Shown in pieces: positions 39,667 to 48,263 of a DNA stretch of 64,000 nucleotides (position 1 is its first letter; every line of letters begins with the position of its first letter). Made by a program: the position numbers and the translations under genes. The DNA lies in the NCBI GenBank assembly GCA_963727715.1, contig CAVSGX010000004.1, forward strand, positions 8,455 to 72,454. The letters are read 5' to 3'. The notes beneath the pieces were generated by a model. It had not been told where the DNA came from and did not search any database. It was given only the letters and a program-made list of their open reading frames with translations. Source of the stretch: an uncultured bacterium (GTDB lineage: Bacteria > Patescibacteriota > Minisyncoccia > Phycocordibacterales > DATDWN01).

Positions 39667-40347
39667 TCAGTCTAATTTTATTAATTTCTTTGTCAGAACA
39701 GGAATTTCTTTTTGAAAAAAAGTTTTGACCGAATTCCAATCAGCGTCAAAAAAGATGACCGGCTCTGGATCGCTTTCGGCATCGTCAAAATAAACCATAC
39801 TTTTCAAGATATGGTGATAGTCGTGAGCCACAGACGGATACTGTCCCGGCAATCGTCTGATAATATTTTCCAGCGGTTCCACATTTTTGGCGCACCAGTA
39901 CAAATCAAAGAAATCTCTTTTTCTGCCTCTTTGCGAGCTGGCGATTATTTTCATCACGGCCACATCCGTTTTATTCAAAATTTTGACAAAACCGTATTCC
40001 AAAAATTTTTGTTTTGGAATAAAAAACGGATAAGCGATAAAACTGATTTTGGTGTCATACAATACGCCATATAAAGTGTTTGGTTCATCAATATCCGTGC
40101 TCCAATTTTCATTGCTTGCAAAACGAGATAACAGTTTCTTTGTTATAAAACTTTTTTCTGTGGTAAAAAAATCCAAATCAACAGATTTGCGATTGCCGGC
40201 CTGCAAAGCTAAGGCGGTGCCACCGGCCAGATACCAGCCTGATTCACTCAGCCATTCTTGGGTTGATAAAAAATCCAGAGCTGTTTTGGTTGATTTGGGT
40301 AAACATGAAAAGTTGATGATATTTAATTTTGAAGTGTCAGTGTCCAT
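39667..40347 (-). CDS. Nucleotidyltransferase AbiEii/AbiGii toxin-family protein
   Basis: 'WYLAGGTALALQAGNRKSVDLDFF'. Confidence 0.7.
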   Translation of the reverse strand: MDTDTSKLNIINFSCLPKSTKTALDFLSTQEWLSESGWYLAGGTALALQAGNRKSVDLDFFTTEKSFITKKLLSRFASNENWSTDIDEPNTLYGVLYDTKISFIAYPFFIPKQKFLEYGFVKILNKTDVAVMKIIASSQRGRKRDFFDLYWCAKNVEPLENIIRRLPGQYPSVAHDYHHILKSMVYFDDAESDPEPVIFFDADWNSVKTFFQKEIPVLTKKLIKLD

Positions 40348-40547
40348 AATGCTTTTGTTCTTGGTCTCAAAGACCGTGATGCAGAAACAACTTTTCTCAA
40401 CAATGCCTTGTCATAAAAATTCCAAAGCCAGCGAACCTCATTATCCCTGCCAAAATCTAAAATTCTCTCAATTATATATTGAGCGTTTTTTTCAGTGTCA
40501 ATTCTGCTGACATCGGTGTCCCAAAACAAAGATTGTCTAAATGGCAT
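40323..40547 (-). CDS. Small conserved partner protein of the AbiEii-like nucleotidyltransferase (putative antitoxin-like)
   Basis: Overlaps the AbiEii start by 25 nt. 'LFWDTDVSRIDTEKNAQYIIERILDFG...WLWNFY...SRSLRPRT' pattern. Confidence 0.45.
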   Translation of the reverse strand: MPFRQSLFWDTDVSRIDTEKNAQYIIERILDFGRDNEVRWLWNFYDKALLRKVVSASRSLRPRTKALWTLTLQN

Positions 40548-40670
40548 ACCTTCATTATATCAAATTTTGAGACAATATTCAACAAAAATCAAAATGCAAA
40601 AATAAAAAATTCAAAATTCAAAAACAAAAGAAAAAACAAATCGACAAGAGACAAGCTACCTTTTTGGAAA

Positions 40671-41660
40671 TCACAAGAACGAGCGGGAGAGGCGACCACC
40701 CAGAGGCGGATTGGAAATGGACGGATCATTGGCAACGACATTGAGCTGGGAACCGTCGGGGTACCAATGGGCGCAGACGACACGAAAGGAAGATGGGGCG
40801 GTTTTGTCAGGGTTTGGCACTTTAGACCCGGGCAAAGCGGTCCAGTAGTATAGACCATCTTTCTCGTTTTTGGTGTCTATGTGCTTGCCTGTTTGTTCAA
40901 AGATTTTTCTTTGCAGGATGAGATAATCGGACAGAGTTAGAGATTGGTTCGGAGGCAAGGAGAGAAAGGTTTCAATCTTTTTGTTCAGAGTTTGTTTAAG
41001 CTCTGATTGTTGCCAGAGTTCTTGACTGTGGACTAGAACGATTCTTCTTTTTTTGTCTTCTATTACTCCTTCAAACCCGCCACCCGAGTTGAAATTGCTT
41101 CCGGTGTATGTTTCGTTGTATCCTTCCGACATTTTAGCGTTTAGGTCTGTCAGGTTTGGCAGAGTTTCCGGAATGAGCAGGATTGTGTCAAAACCGTGTT
41201 TTTCTATTTCTTCTCTGATTTGGTCAATGTTTCTTTCCCAGATGTTTTTCATCGTCTCGGAGAAGTCTTTCGGTCTGTCTATGGAGTGGGTTGTGTAAAA
41301 GGAAGTAAAGTATTCTATTTCTTTTTCAATATCTATGGTTATGGTTTCTTTCTTTTCTTCAGTGGTTGTTTTGCCGGTTTTTTCGTCTTTTGTCTCTTCG
41401 ATATGTTTGTATTCCACTTCTAGAGTTGTTGAGGATTTGCCTTCTATCTTTCTTTTGAGAGAACGGCATTGGGAGAGTGTTTCTTTGATTTTCAGGCTTA
41501 GTTCTTTCTGTTTCTCTGTATCTCCGCTCTCAATGGCTTTTAGGAGTTTATCTTTCATTTCTTCGGCCTGAGAGAGCAGGCCTTCCATTACGGTCAAGTC
41601 GGCCAGAGCTTGTTCTTTGGTTGGTGGAGAGTTTGGGATTTTGGGAGATTCGTGGGACAT
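40671..41660 (-). CDS. DGR target protein 2 (tandem paralog of target 1, carrying VR2)
   Basis: The 329-aa protein is identical to target 1 until the C-terminal ~30 aa ('VVCAHWYPDGSQLNVVANDPSISNPPLGGRLSRSFL'). Confidence 0.8.
   Translation of the reverse strand: MSHESPKIPNSPPTKEQALADLTVMEGLLSQAEEMKDKLLKAIESGDTEKQKELSLKIKETLSQCRSLKRKIEGKSSTTLEVEYKHIEETKDEKTGKTTTEEKKETITIDIEKEIEYFTSFYTTHSIDRPKDFSETMKNIWERNIDQIREEIEKHGFDTILLIPETLPNLTDLNAKMSEGYNETYTGSNFNSGGGFEGVIEDKKRRIVLVHSQELWQQSELKQTLNKKIETFLSLPPNQSLTLSDYLILQRKIFEQTGKHIDTKNEKDGLYYWTALPGSKVPNPDKTAPSSFRVVCAHWYPDGSQLNVVANDPSISNPPLGGRLSRSFL
40683..40781 (-). repeat. DGR variable repeat VR2
   Basis: All but one difference from the template repeat fall at template-repeat adenines. 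Confidence 0.8.
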
Positions 41661-41672
41661 GGAAGTATTCTA

Positions 41673-42700
41673 TCATGTTATAACAATATCATTCAATATT
41701 GAAGTCAGTTTGTTTTTTAATCCAAATGAATCGCAGTGTTTCAGTAAAGCAAAATAAGACTGAAAATTATTCTTGTTCATTCTTTCAAAAATTTTTTGCT
41801 TGGTTTTATCTCTCAATAAAAGACAATCTGGCAAAGTCAGAGATCCTAGAAAATCTACTCCCCATTTTAATTTTCTGATTGAGATTTTATCATCCGGGAT
41901 TTGCAGAAACAGTTTTGCCATAAATTTTTTAATTTCAACCAAACAAAACCCCAATCTTTTTTTATTTTTATTTACCAAAATAAAATCGTCGTTGTATCTT
42001 ATATAAAATCTGGCGTTTAATTTTTTCTTCACAAAATGGTCAAAATCGTTCAAATAAATGTTGGCGAAAATCTGGCTGGTGATGTTGCCGAGCGGGATGC
42101 TTTTGTCAGAGCCATGAAGCGAGCAAAAACTTTCTACTATTTTCCCCACTTCCAAAAAAATATTTTCATTTTTCACTTTTCTTTTGATAAATTTCAGCAG
42201 TAGGCGGTGGTTGACACTTTCAAAGTATTTTTTGACATCGCATTTTAAAATAAAAACATCCCCATTTTTTCTTTTCGCCAATCCATTGAAATATTGGAGA
42301 GTTTTGACGGCTTTATGCGTTCCTTTTCCGTCTCTGGATGAATAACGGCTTTATGCGTTCCTTTTCCGTCTCTGGATGAATATGAGTCGGCAATAAATGC
42401 CGGCTCAAATAGATTTTTCAAATAATCGGATATTATTTGATGAATAATTCTATCTTTAACTTCAGCTTTGTGAATATTTCTTTTCTTGTTGTCAGTAACA
42501 ATAAAATGCGAATACCCGCCATGGCGGTAAGTTTTGTTTTTCAGATCTCTGTGCAAATCAAAAATATTGTCTTCCAAATGTCTTTCAAAAATCATTACAT
42601 CCATCTTGGAGGACTTTCCCCGCCGAAATTTCCGCCAAGCTGAAAATATATTATCAAGACTGAATAATTCGTTATAATTTTTATGGAACAAGACGCTCAT
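41673..42700 (-). pseudogene. DGR reverse transcriptase, frameshifted by a 38-bp tandem duplication (split into ORFs 42245..43024 and 41673..42281)
   Basis: 'RNIHKAEVKDRIIHQ', 'FIADSYSSRDGKGTHKAV', 'ILKCDVKKYFESVNH', the DGR-specific 'IPLGNITSQIFANIYL', and 'YIRYNDDFILV'. Deleting one 38-nt copy restores a single frame ('...HKAVKTLQYFNGLAKRKNGDVFILKCDV...'). Confidence 0.8.
42307..42382. repeat. Perfect 2 x 38-bp tandem duplication inside the RT gene
   Basis: 'acggctttatgcgttccttttccgtctctggatgaata' appears twice in tandem. Confidence 0.85.
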
Positions 42701-43057
42701 AAAATTGAAAAATTGGAAATGCCTATTATGGCCAAACTCTTTATCATTTACGAACTGACGCACAAGCTTATTTTCAAATTGCCGAAATTTGAAAGATACA
42801 CTTTGGGTGAAAAAATTGAAAATATCATCTTGGAAACGATTGAAATAATTGTCATCGCCAATGGGACGAACAAATACGAAAAAGAAAAATATTTGCTCAA
42901 AGCCAATGCCAAAGTGGAAATGCTTAAGTTGCTTTTTCGCATCGTTTTGAACTGCCAAATCATTGATTTCAAAAAATATTTGGAGGCGGAAGGGTTGCTT
43001 CAAGAAATCGGCAAAATGGCGCAAGGTTGGATAAAATACACCAGAAACGCAAAATAG
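42683..43057 (+). CDS. avd: Avd-like accessory variability determinant (four-helix-bundle / 23S-rRNA-IVS protein family)
   Basis: 'KLPKFERYTLGEKIENI...KANAKVEMLKLLFRIVLN...LQEIGKMAQGWIKY'. It sits on the opposite strand to the RT and the targets. Confidence 0.7.
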   Translation: MEQDAHKIEKLEMPIMAKLFIIYELTHKLIFKLPKFERYTLGEKIENIILETIEIIVIANGTNKYEKEKYLLKANAKVEMLKLLFRIVLNCQIIDFKKYLEAEGLLQEIGKMAQGWIKYTRNAK

Positions 43058-43070
43058 CTTTTGTATAAAG

Positions 43071-43177
43071 CAAGAACGGCGGGAGAGGCGACAACCCAGA
43101 TTCGGATTGGAATTGGACGGATCATTGGCATTGACATTGAGCTGGGAATTGTCGGGGTTCCAATTGGCGCAGACGAC
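43071..43177 (-). repeat. DGR template repeat (TR), non-coding, coding-sense on the minus strand
   Basis: It carries AAT/AAC at every position that varies in VR1-3, and lies directly next to avd and the RT. Homology to each variable repeat begins across the region matching the target stop codon. Confidence 0.8.
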
Positions 43178-43484
43178 TGCGGTCGCCCCTCGATTAGCTT
43201 TGCGTCGTCATTTCCGTTTGGAAACAAGACTCTATTTATTAGGGGCTACTTCCCCCTGACGCAAAACTGCTGTTCTTGTGTTTTATTTCCACAAATCAAC
43301 GACTATTTGGTTTCTAAAATTCAGAAACCATCTTTCGCCGTCAATTAGCGCTTCGGCAAACCAACTCATCACTGATGGCTTACGAGCCGAAGCGGGCGAT
43401 TTTTGCTTCGCAAAAATAAAAAATTCAAAATTCAAAAACAAAAGAAAAAACAAATCGACAAGAGACAAGCTACCTTTTTGGAAA

Positions 43485-45512
43485 TCACAAGAACGAGCGG
43501 GAGAGGCGACAACCCAGATTCGGATAGGAATAGGACGGATCATCGGCACCGACAACGAGCTGGGAATAGCCGGGGTCCCAATGGGCGCAGACGACGCGGA
43601 AACCGCCGGATGGATTTTTGACTGTTGAGCCGGGTAGCCATGTCCAACCGTCTTCATCCAAATGTTTGCCTGTTTGTTCAAAATATTGCTTTTGATACAA
43701 CAAATAATCTGTCAGAGACATTTTTTCACCTTGCGATATAAACTCCTCGGCTTTTTTATTCAGAGTTTTCTTCAGTTCCGAATGGTCTTTCAGATTTTGA
43801 GCGCTGTTTTTATGAATCAAAACGATTCTTCTTTTTTTGTCTTCTATTACTCCTTCAAACCCGCCACCCGAGTCGAAATTGCTTCCGGTGTATGTTTCGT
43901 TGTATCCTTCTGACATTTTTTTATGTATATCGGTTATGGTCAATCCTCCGGGCACAAGCAAAATCTCATCAAAACCATATTTTTCTACTTCTTGTTTTAT
44001 CTCGTCATAATTGTTCACCCATATATCCGCCATTTCTTCCGCAAATGATTCCGTCAATTCAATTTCGTGAGCTTTATAAAAAAGAAGAGAATCCTCAAGT
44101 TTTTTGTCAAAATTTATTTCTATTTTCTCTTTCTTTTCTTTGCCTTTCTCGTCCACGATTTTGTGTTCGGCAGAAACCACCGGTTCAAACGAACTGCCGG
44201 TCAATTCTCTTCTTTTACTTCTGAAAAATTTCTCCAAATCGGCTATTTCATTTTCAATCTTCTCTATCCCGTCCGCCGGACTTTCGGTTTTACCACCTTC
44301 AGGAATTGCCTCAGCAGACGCTTCTTTTTCTTCTTCGTTATTTTTCTTTTTTCTTTTCGTTCCTTTGCGTTTGGAATCTTTGGTTTCTATTTTGACTTCA
44401 ACCAATCGGATGATTTCTTCCAATTTTGTTCTGTCTTCGGCGCTTTCCAGTCTGTTGACATAATAATATTTCAGGGCTTTTTGAAAAGTTTCGCTGATGT
44501 CGCCATTGTAAAAACGCAAAACAAAATTTCTGACCCGCCTCGGCTCTTCGCGGTCGTCATAGGTGAAAACTTGTGGTTGATCTTCGGCGATTTGCCTGTT
44601 TTTCAAAAGTTCTTTGGCGGTTTTGTGAAATTCCTTGTATTTTTCCAAAATTTCGGCAATGCCTGGAATTTCCGAAAGTTGTTCCTGCGTCAAACCACCG
44701 GCGCCGGATAAAAACATATCATCAGGCAATTCGGCGGTTTTCTTTTCCAAACCGTTCTCTAAACCAAACAATGCACCAGTCGCTTGCTTAAAGGTCTCTT
44801 CCGGTAATTCATTTGGCATTTTTTTATAAACCCATCTGCGAAGCTGAGCTGGATCAAGTGGCTTTCTATCCAAATAACCGGCTCCCGGAGGATTCATAAA
44901 AGCGATGATTTTGGTTTTTTGTTTAGAAACTTTAACTGTTTCCGAAGCGTCTTCTGACAAAATGACATCGCTATCACGCTCCAGAGAATCCAAAACTTCA
45001 TGCAAACGAATCAAAATGTTCGGCGCCGATGAGTTGAATTCGTCCAAAACAATAATTTTGACTTTACCGTCTTCCTGTCGTAAACCGCTAGTTACTTTTC
45101 CGTCGGCGAAAATGTATTCCGGGTCTTCCGCATTATTTTTACGAGGATTTGGTATATATCGGCCCATCAAATCCTCCACATCCGTGGCACCGTTTAAGTT
45201 TATGTAATGAACTTCGTAGCCGAGCTCACTGGCCATTTTTCGCACCGTGGTGGTCTTACCAAAAGATGTTCCGCTTTCCACGGCAATAGGGTCGCCCATG
45301 GAAAACGACACGGCGATGTCACGTTGCAGTGGCAGAGCCACTTCGGTATCATTGGTGTAGTCCTTGTAATTTTCTCTTCTTGGCACAAATTGGCCATTTC
45401 TGTTTTTAGCTTTTTCCAGAGTAACACCCATATAAGAAACACTCCCGTCAGTTTCCATTATCGGCTCCAGTTTTGCTTCCGGATTGTTAAATTGTCCTTC
45501 TGGTGTTTTCAT
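43485..45512 (-). CDS. DGR target protein 3: MoxR-like AAA+ ATPase N-terminal domain fused to the shared C-terminal lectin-like domain with VR3
   Basis: 'ESGTSFGKTTTVRKMASELGYEVHYINL' (Walker A) and 'IIVLDEFNSS' (Walker B). The C-terminal 150 aa are homologous to targets 1 and 2 ('GFRVVCAHWDPGYSQLVVGADDPSYSYPNLGCRLSRSFL'). Confidence 0.8.
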   Translation of the reverse strand: MKTPEGQFNNPEAKLEPIMETDGSVSYMGVTLEKAKNRNGQFVPRRENYKDYTNDTEVALPLQRDIAVSFSMGDPIAVESGTSFGKTTTVRKMASELGYEVHYINLNGATDVEDLMGRYIPNPRKNNAEDPEYIFADGKVTSGLRQEDGKVKIIVLDEFNSSAPNILIRLHEVLDSLERDSDVILSEDASETVKVSKQKTKIIAFMNPPGAGYLDRKPLDPAQLRRWVYKKMPNELPEETFKQATGALFGLENGLEKKTAELPDDMFLSGAGGLTQEQLSEIPGIAEILEKYKEFHKTAKELLKNRQIAEDQPQVFTYDDREEPRRVRNFVLRFYNGDISETFQKALKYYYVNRLESAEDRTKLEEIIRLVEVKIETKDSKRKGTKRKKKNNEEEKEASAEAIPEGGKTESPADGIEKIENEIADLEKFFRSKRRELTGSSFEPVVSAEHKIVDEKGKEKKEKIEINFDKKLEDSLLFYKAHEIELTESFAEEMADIWVNNYDEIKQEVEKYGFDEILLVPGGLTITDIHKKMSEGYNETYTGSNFDSGGGFEGVIEDKKRRIVLIHKNSAQNLKDHSELKKTLNKKAEEFISQGEKMSLTDYLLYQKQYFEQTGKHLDEDGWTWLPGSTVKNPSGGFRVVCAHWDPGYSQLVVGADDPSYSYPNLGCRLSRSFL
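43497..43595 (-). repeat. DGR variable repeat VR3
   Basis: Every difference from the template repeat falls at a template-repeat adenine. Confidence 0.8.
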
Positions 45513-45515
45513 ATT

Positions 45516-45917
45516 TTATGAACGATAAACCGGCCCAACTTTGTCTATAATTTCAAAACTTCTTTCTTTCAATTTCGCCAAAACGCTTTCCGTAGCGACC
45601 AAAACCAAAACCTGACTTTGATAATCAGGTGAAAAAACTTTTGATTCATTTTTTTCTTTATCAAAAATCTCAACTTGACCTGTCGGATACTGCGCGACAA
45701 AATCATATAAGTCCTTCGGTAGATTTTCGTCCAAAACCAGATACATTTTTTGAAAACCAAAAAAATCAAAAACATTTTTTGATGTTTGAAATCCACTATC
45801 TTCAAAAAACTTGATAAAACCACCCATCTCGCTTTCATCCCGCGCCAAAACAAGTCCGACATCTTTTTGTCCTTTCAAGATATCCAGAAACTCATGCAGA
45901 CCTTCGTTTTTGTTCAT
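45516..45917 (-). CDS. Hypothetical protein
   Basis: 133-aa ORF between the vWA gene and the AAA-fused target gene. Confidence 0.4.
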   Translation of the reverse strand: MNKNEGLHEFLDILKGQKDVGLVLARDESEMGGFIKFFEDSGFQTSKNVFDFFGFQKMYLVLDENLPKDLYDFVAQYPTGQVEIFDKEKNESKVFSPDYQSQVLVLVATESVLAKLKERSFEIIDKVGPVYRS

Positions 45918-45956
45918 AGTTGTATTCTAACACTAACCGGAAAATTATCAAATTTT

Positions 45957-48242
45957 TCAACCAACAACTTCTTTCTCAAGTATTTCTGATATATCTTTTA
46001 TTATTTTGTCCACTTTTATATTATCGGATTTTAGCGGGTAATAAATAAGCTTTACACCGCCGGCTTTTTCGATTTTGCCTTTAATTTTTTGAAAATCATA
46101 TTTTGAGCCGGGATGTTTAGTGGATTCAGCTGGTCTGTCATCCGAAAAAACAATCATTATTTTGTTGTCTGTTTTTTGTTTTGCAAGTCTTGCCGAAGCG
46201 GTTTCCATAGCCCAACCAATGTCGGTTTCATTATGCTCATTTCCGCAATTTTTGCAACAACTATCTTCAACCTCTTTAAACATTCCTCCCATGTGTTCCC
46301 TGATTTTTTTTGACATTGGCTCTCCAAATTTTTGATACTCGTATATATCATCATTAAAACCGTTAATTTCAACGTTCAATCCTAGTTTGTTTAATGCTTC
46401 AGCCAGCACAACTTTTGCTTTGAAATCTTCTTCAATTTTTTTACGCATAGAACCAGATAAATCGTTTAGAATGGAAATTGAATATTCTTTTTCATCTGGT
46501 TTTTCTCTTTTTTGCCAAGCGTTGCTTTCTATTGGCGAAATGCGTCTGGCTTTTTCCTGAATCCTTGTTTTTATATCAATTCTTTTGCCTATTCTAAAGC
46601 CCTTTTTCCATCTTGTGGTTTGGGTGTCAACAAATATCTGTCTTAGTTTATTTTCCAATTCATCAATCAGCGACGAAACTTCTCGTCGGTGCTTTTCATA
46701 AATATTTTCGTCTTTATTGACTTCTCTTTTTAATCTTTCTTTGTATATTCTCAATCCTTCCAAATCAAGAGGTTCTTTTCTTAAAGTTCCGGTTCTGACC
46801 GGAGCGCCGCCTTGATTTTGATTGTTTATTTCAACCCCTGGCAAATTTTCCGGCGGTTCTGGATTTTTTCTTTCTGCTTTTTCCTCCGGATTTTCAGTCA
46901 ATTTGCCTTCCATTTCTTCGTTTAGTTTGTCTTCAAATTCCTTCAGCGCTTTTTCGGCTCTGTCGGCCAGCTCTTTTTTCACATCTTCCGGAAGCGAGTC
47001 GACATAATCCCTTATTTTTTGTTTTATTTCGTCGGAAAGGTCGTTCAGGTTTATTGTCCTCGCACCGATATCGTCTAGCGTCTGTGGTTGTTCATTGCCG
47101 GTGTTGTCTTCGTGTGGAGTCGGCTTGTTTGTGATTTTATCTTCTCCCTGCCCACCTGTTGACATTGGTTTGATTTTTTCTTTCTCTTTTTTTGCTTCAT
47201 CAATAGCTTTGTCAATAGCATTTTCCAACGTTTTCTTTTCTTCTTCGGTTAATTTGTCTTCCAAATCTTTTGGCAGTTTTGATTTTTTTTCATTTTTTTT
47301 ATCTTCACTTTCTCCTTCCTGATTTCCGTTATCTTTTTGTCCATCACCACCTTCCTTCCCATTTTCTCTTTCTTGCTCTTTTTTCATTTCTTCCATCATC
47401 TTTTTCATCACATCTTTCAACACTTCTTCCATTTTCTCATCCTCTTTATCTGCTTCAACCAGTTTTTTAAATTCTGGCCAAATTTCTTCCAGATTTATTT
47501 CATACGACACTTTGGCGTATTCTTTTATTTTTTCTTCACTTTCATCCGCTTCCTCTCGCGACGGATATCGCCACCAAGAATCCTGAGCTGATTTCAGTGT
47601 GGCTAAAACAACAGCTTTGACTTCTTCGGGCAAATCTTCCGAAATTTCAAAATTCTGTCCCTGTTTTTCACGAAACCATTGTCTAATATATTCATACCCC
47701 GCTTGCACAAAACGCGGTTGGAAACCCAGTTTTTCGGTAGCTTCTTTCTTTTCTTTTTCTCTTTTGGCAAAAAAATCATCCCAAGCAAATTTTATATTTT
47801 CATCGTATTTCGGATAACTCTCGGAAACAAAGTTGTCGTTTCTGGGATCTTCAATGAAATTCATCATAGCTGAAAAGCCCGGTTGTCGCCATGTTTCAAT
47901 CGGAATAAAATCTGTTCTGGAAACTCGTCTATGTCCTCCTTCGTGACAAATTAAATATCTCAATAATTCAATTGGCTCCGTCAGCAGAGTTTTCGGGTCA
48001 ACTCTGATGACATTTTTTTGAAAATCCCAATGCCAGCCAGCGCCTGGTTGGTTTAGTTCTATCGGCATCTCAAAATCTTTGCCAATAAAATAAGCCAGAG
48101 ATGACAAAATATTTTTCTTGCGCAGAATTTCTTTTTGTTCTTCTTCGTTAAATCGCTTCAAGATTTCCTCTTCTGGATTTTGCCGGAGAGAATCGTAGGT
48201 TTGTTCGTTTTGATTGAATTTTGGTCCTTCCATAATTTGCAA
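45957..48242 (-). CDS. vWA-domain protein with N-terminal HExxH metallopeptidase-like motif and long acidic coiled-coil linker (MoxR partner)
   Basis: MIDAS motif 'ILNDLSGSM' in a C-terminal vWA fold. 'LICHEGGHRR' and an E/K-rich low-complexity middle. Confidence 0.6.
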   Translation of the reverse strand: MQIMEGPKFNQNEQTYDSLRQNPEEEILKRFNEEEQKEILRKKNILSSLAYFIGKDFEMPIELNQPGAGWHWDFQKNVIRVDPKTLLTEPIELLRYLICHEGGHRRVSRTDFIPIETWRQPGFSAMMNFIEDPRNDNFVSESYPKYDENIKFAWDDFFAKREKEKKEATEKLGFQPRFVQAGYEYIRQWFREKQGQNFEISEDLPEEVKAVVLATLKSAQDSWWRYPSREEADESEEKIKEYAKVSYEINLEEIWPEFKKLVEADKEDEKMEEVLKDVMKKMMEEMKKEQERENGKEGGDGQKDNGNQEGESEDKKNEKKSKLPKDLEDKLTEEEKKTLENAIDKAIDEAKKEKEKIKPMSTGGQGEDKITNKPTPHEDNTGNEQPQTLDDIGARTINLNDLSDEIKQKIRDYVDSLPEDVKKELADRAEKALKEFEDKLNEEMEGKLTENPEEKAERKNPEPPENLPGVEINNQNQGGAPVRTGTLRKEPLDLEGLRIYKERLKREVNKDENIYEKHRREVSSLIDELENKLRQIFVDTQTTRWKKGFRIGKRIDIKTRIQEKARRISPIESNAWQKREKPDEKEYSISILNDLSGSMRKKIEEDFKAKVVLAEALNKLGLNVEINGFNDDIYEYQKFGEPMSKKIREHMGGMFKEVEDSCCKNCGNEHNETDIGWAMETASARLAKQKTDNKIMIVFSDDRPAESTKHPGSKYDFQKIKGKIEKAGGVKLIYYPLKSDNIKVDKIIKDISEILEKEVVG

Positions 48243-48263
48243 GATTATAGCAAATTTTTGGAA

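Noticed and set aside
42701-43024. N-terminal 108 codons of ORF 42245..43024 as part of the reverse transcriptase
   Set aside because: It is a Phe-rich low-complexity translation of the antisense strand of the Lys-rich avd gene. Reverse-transcriptase homology begins at the internal Met near 42700.
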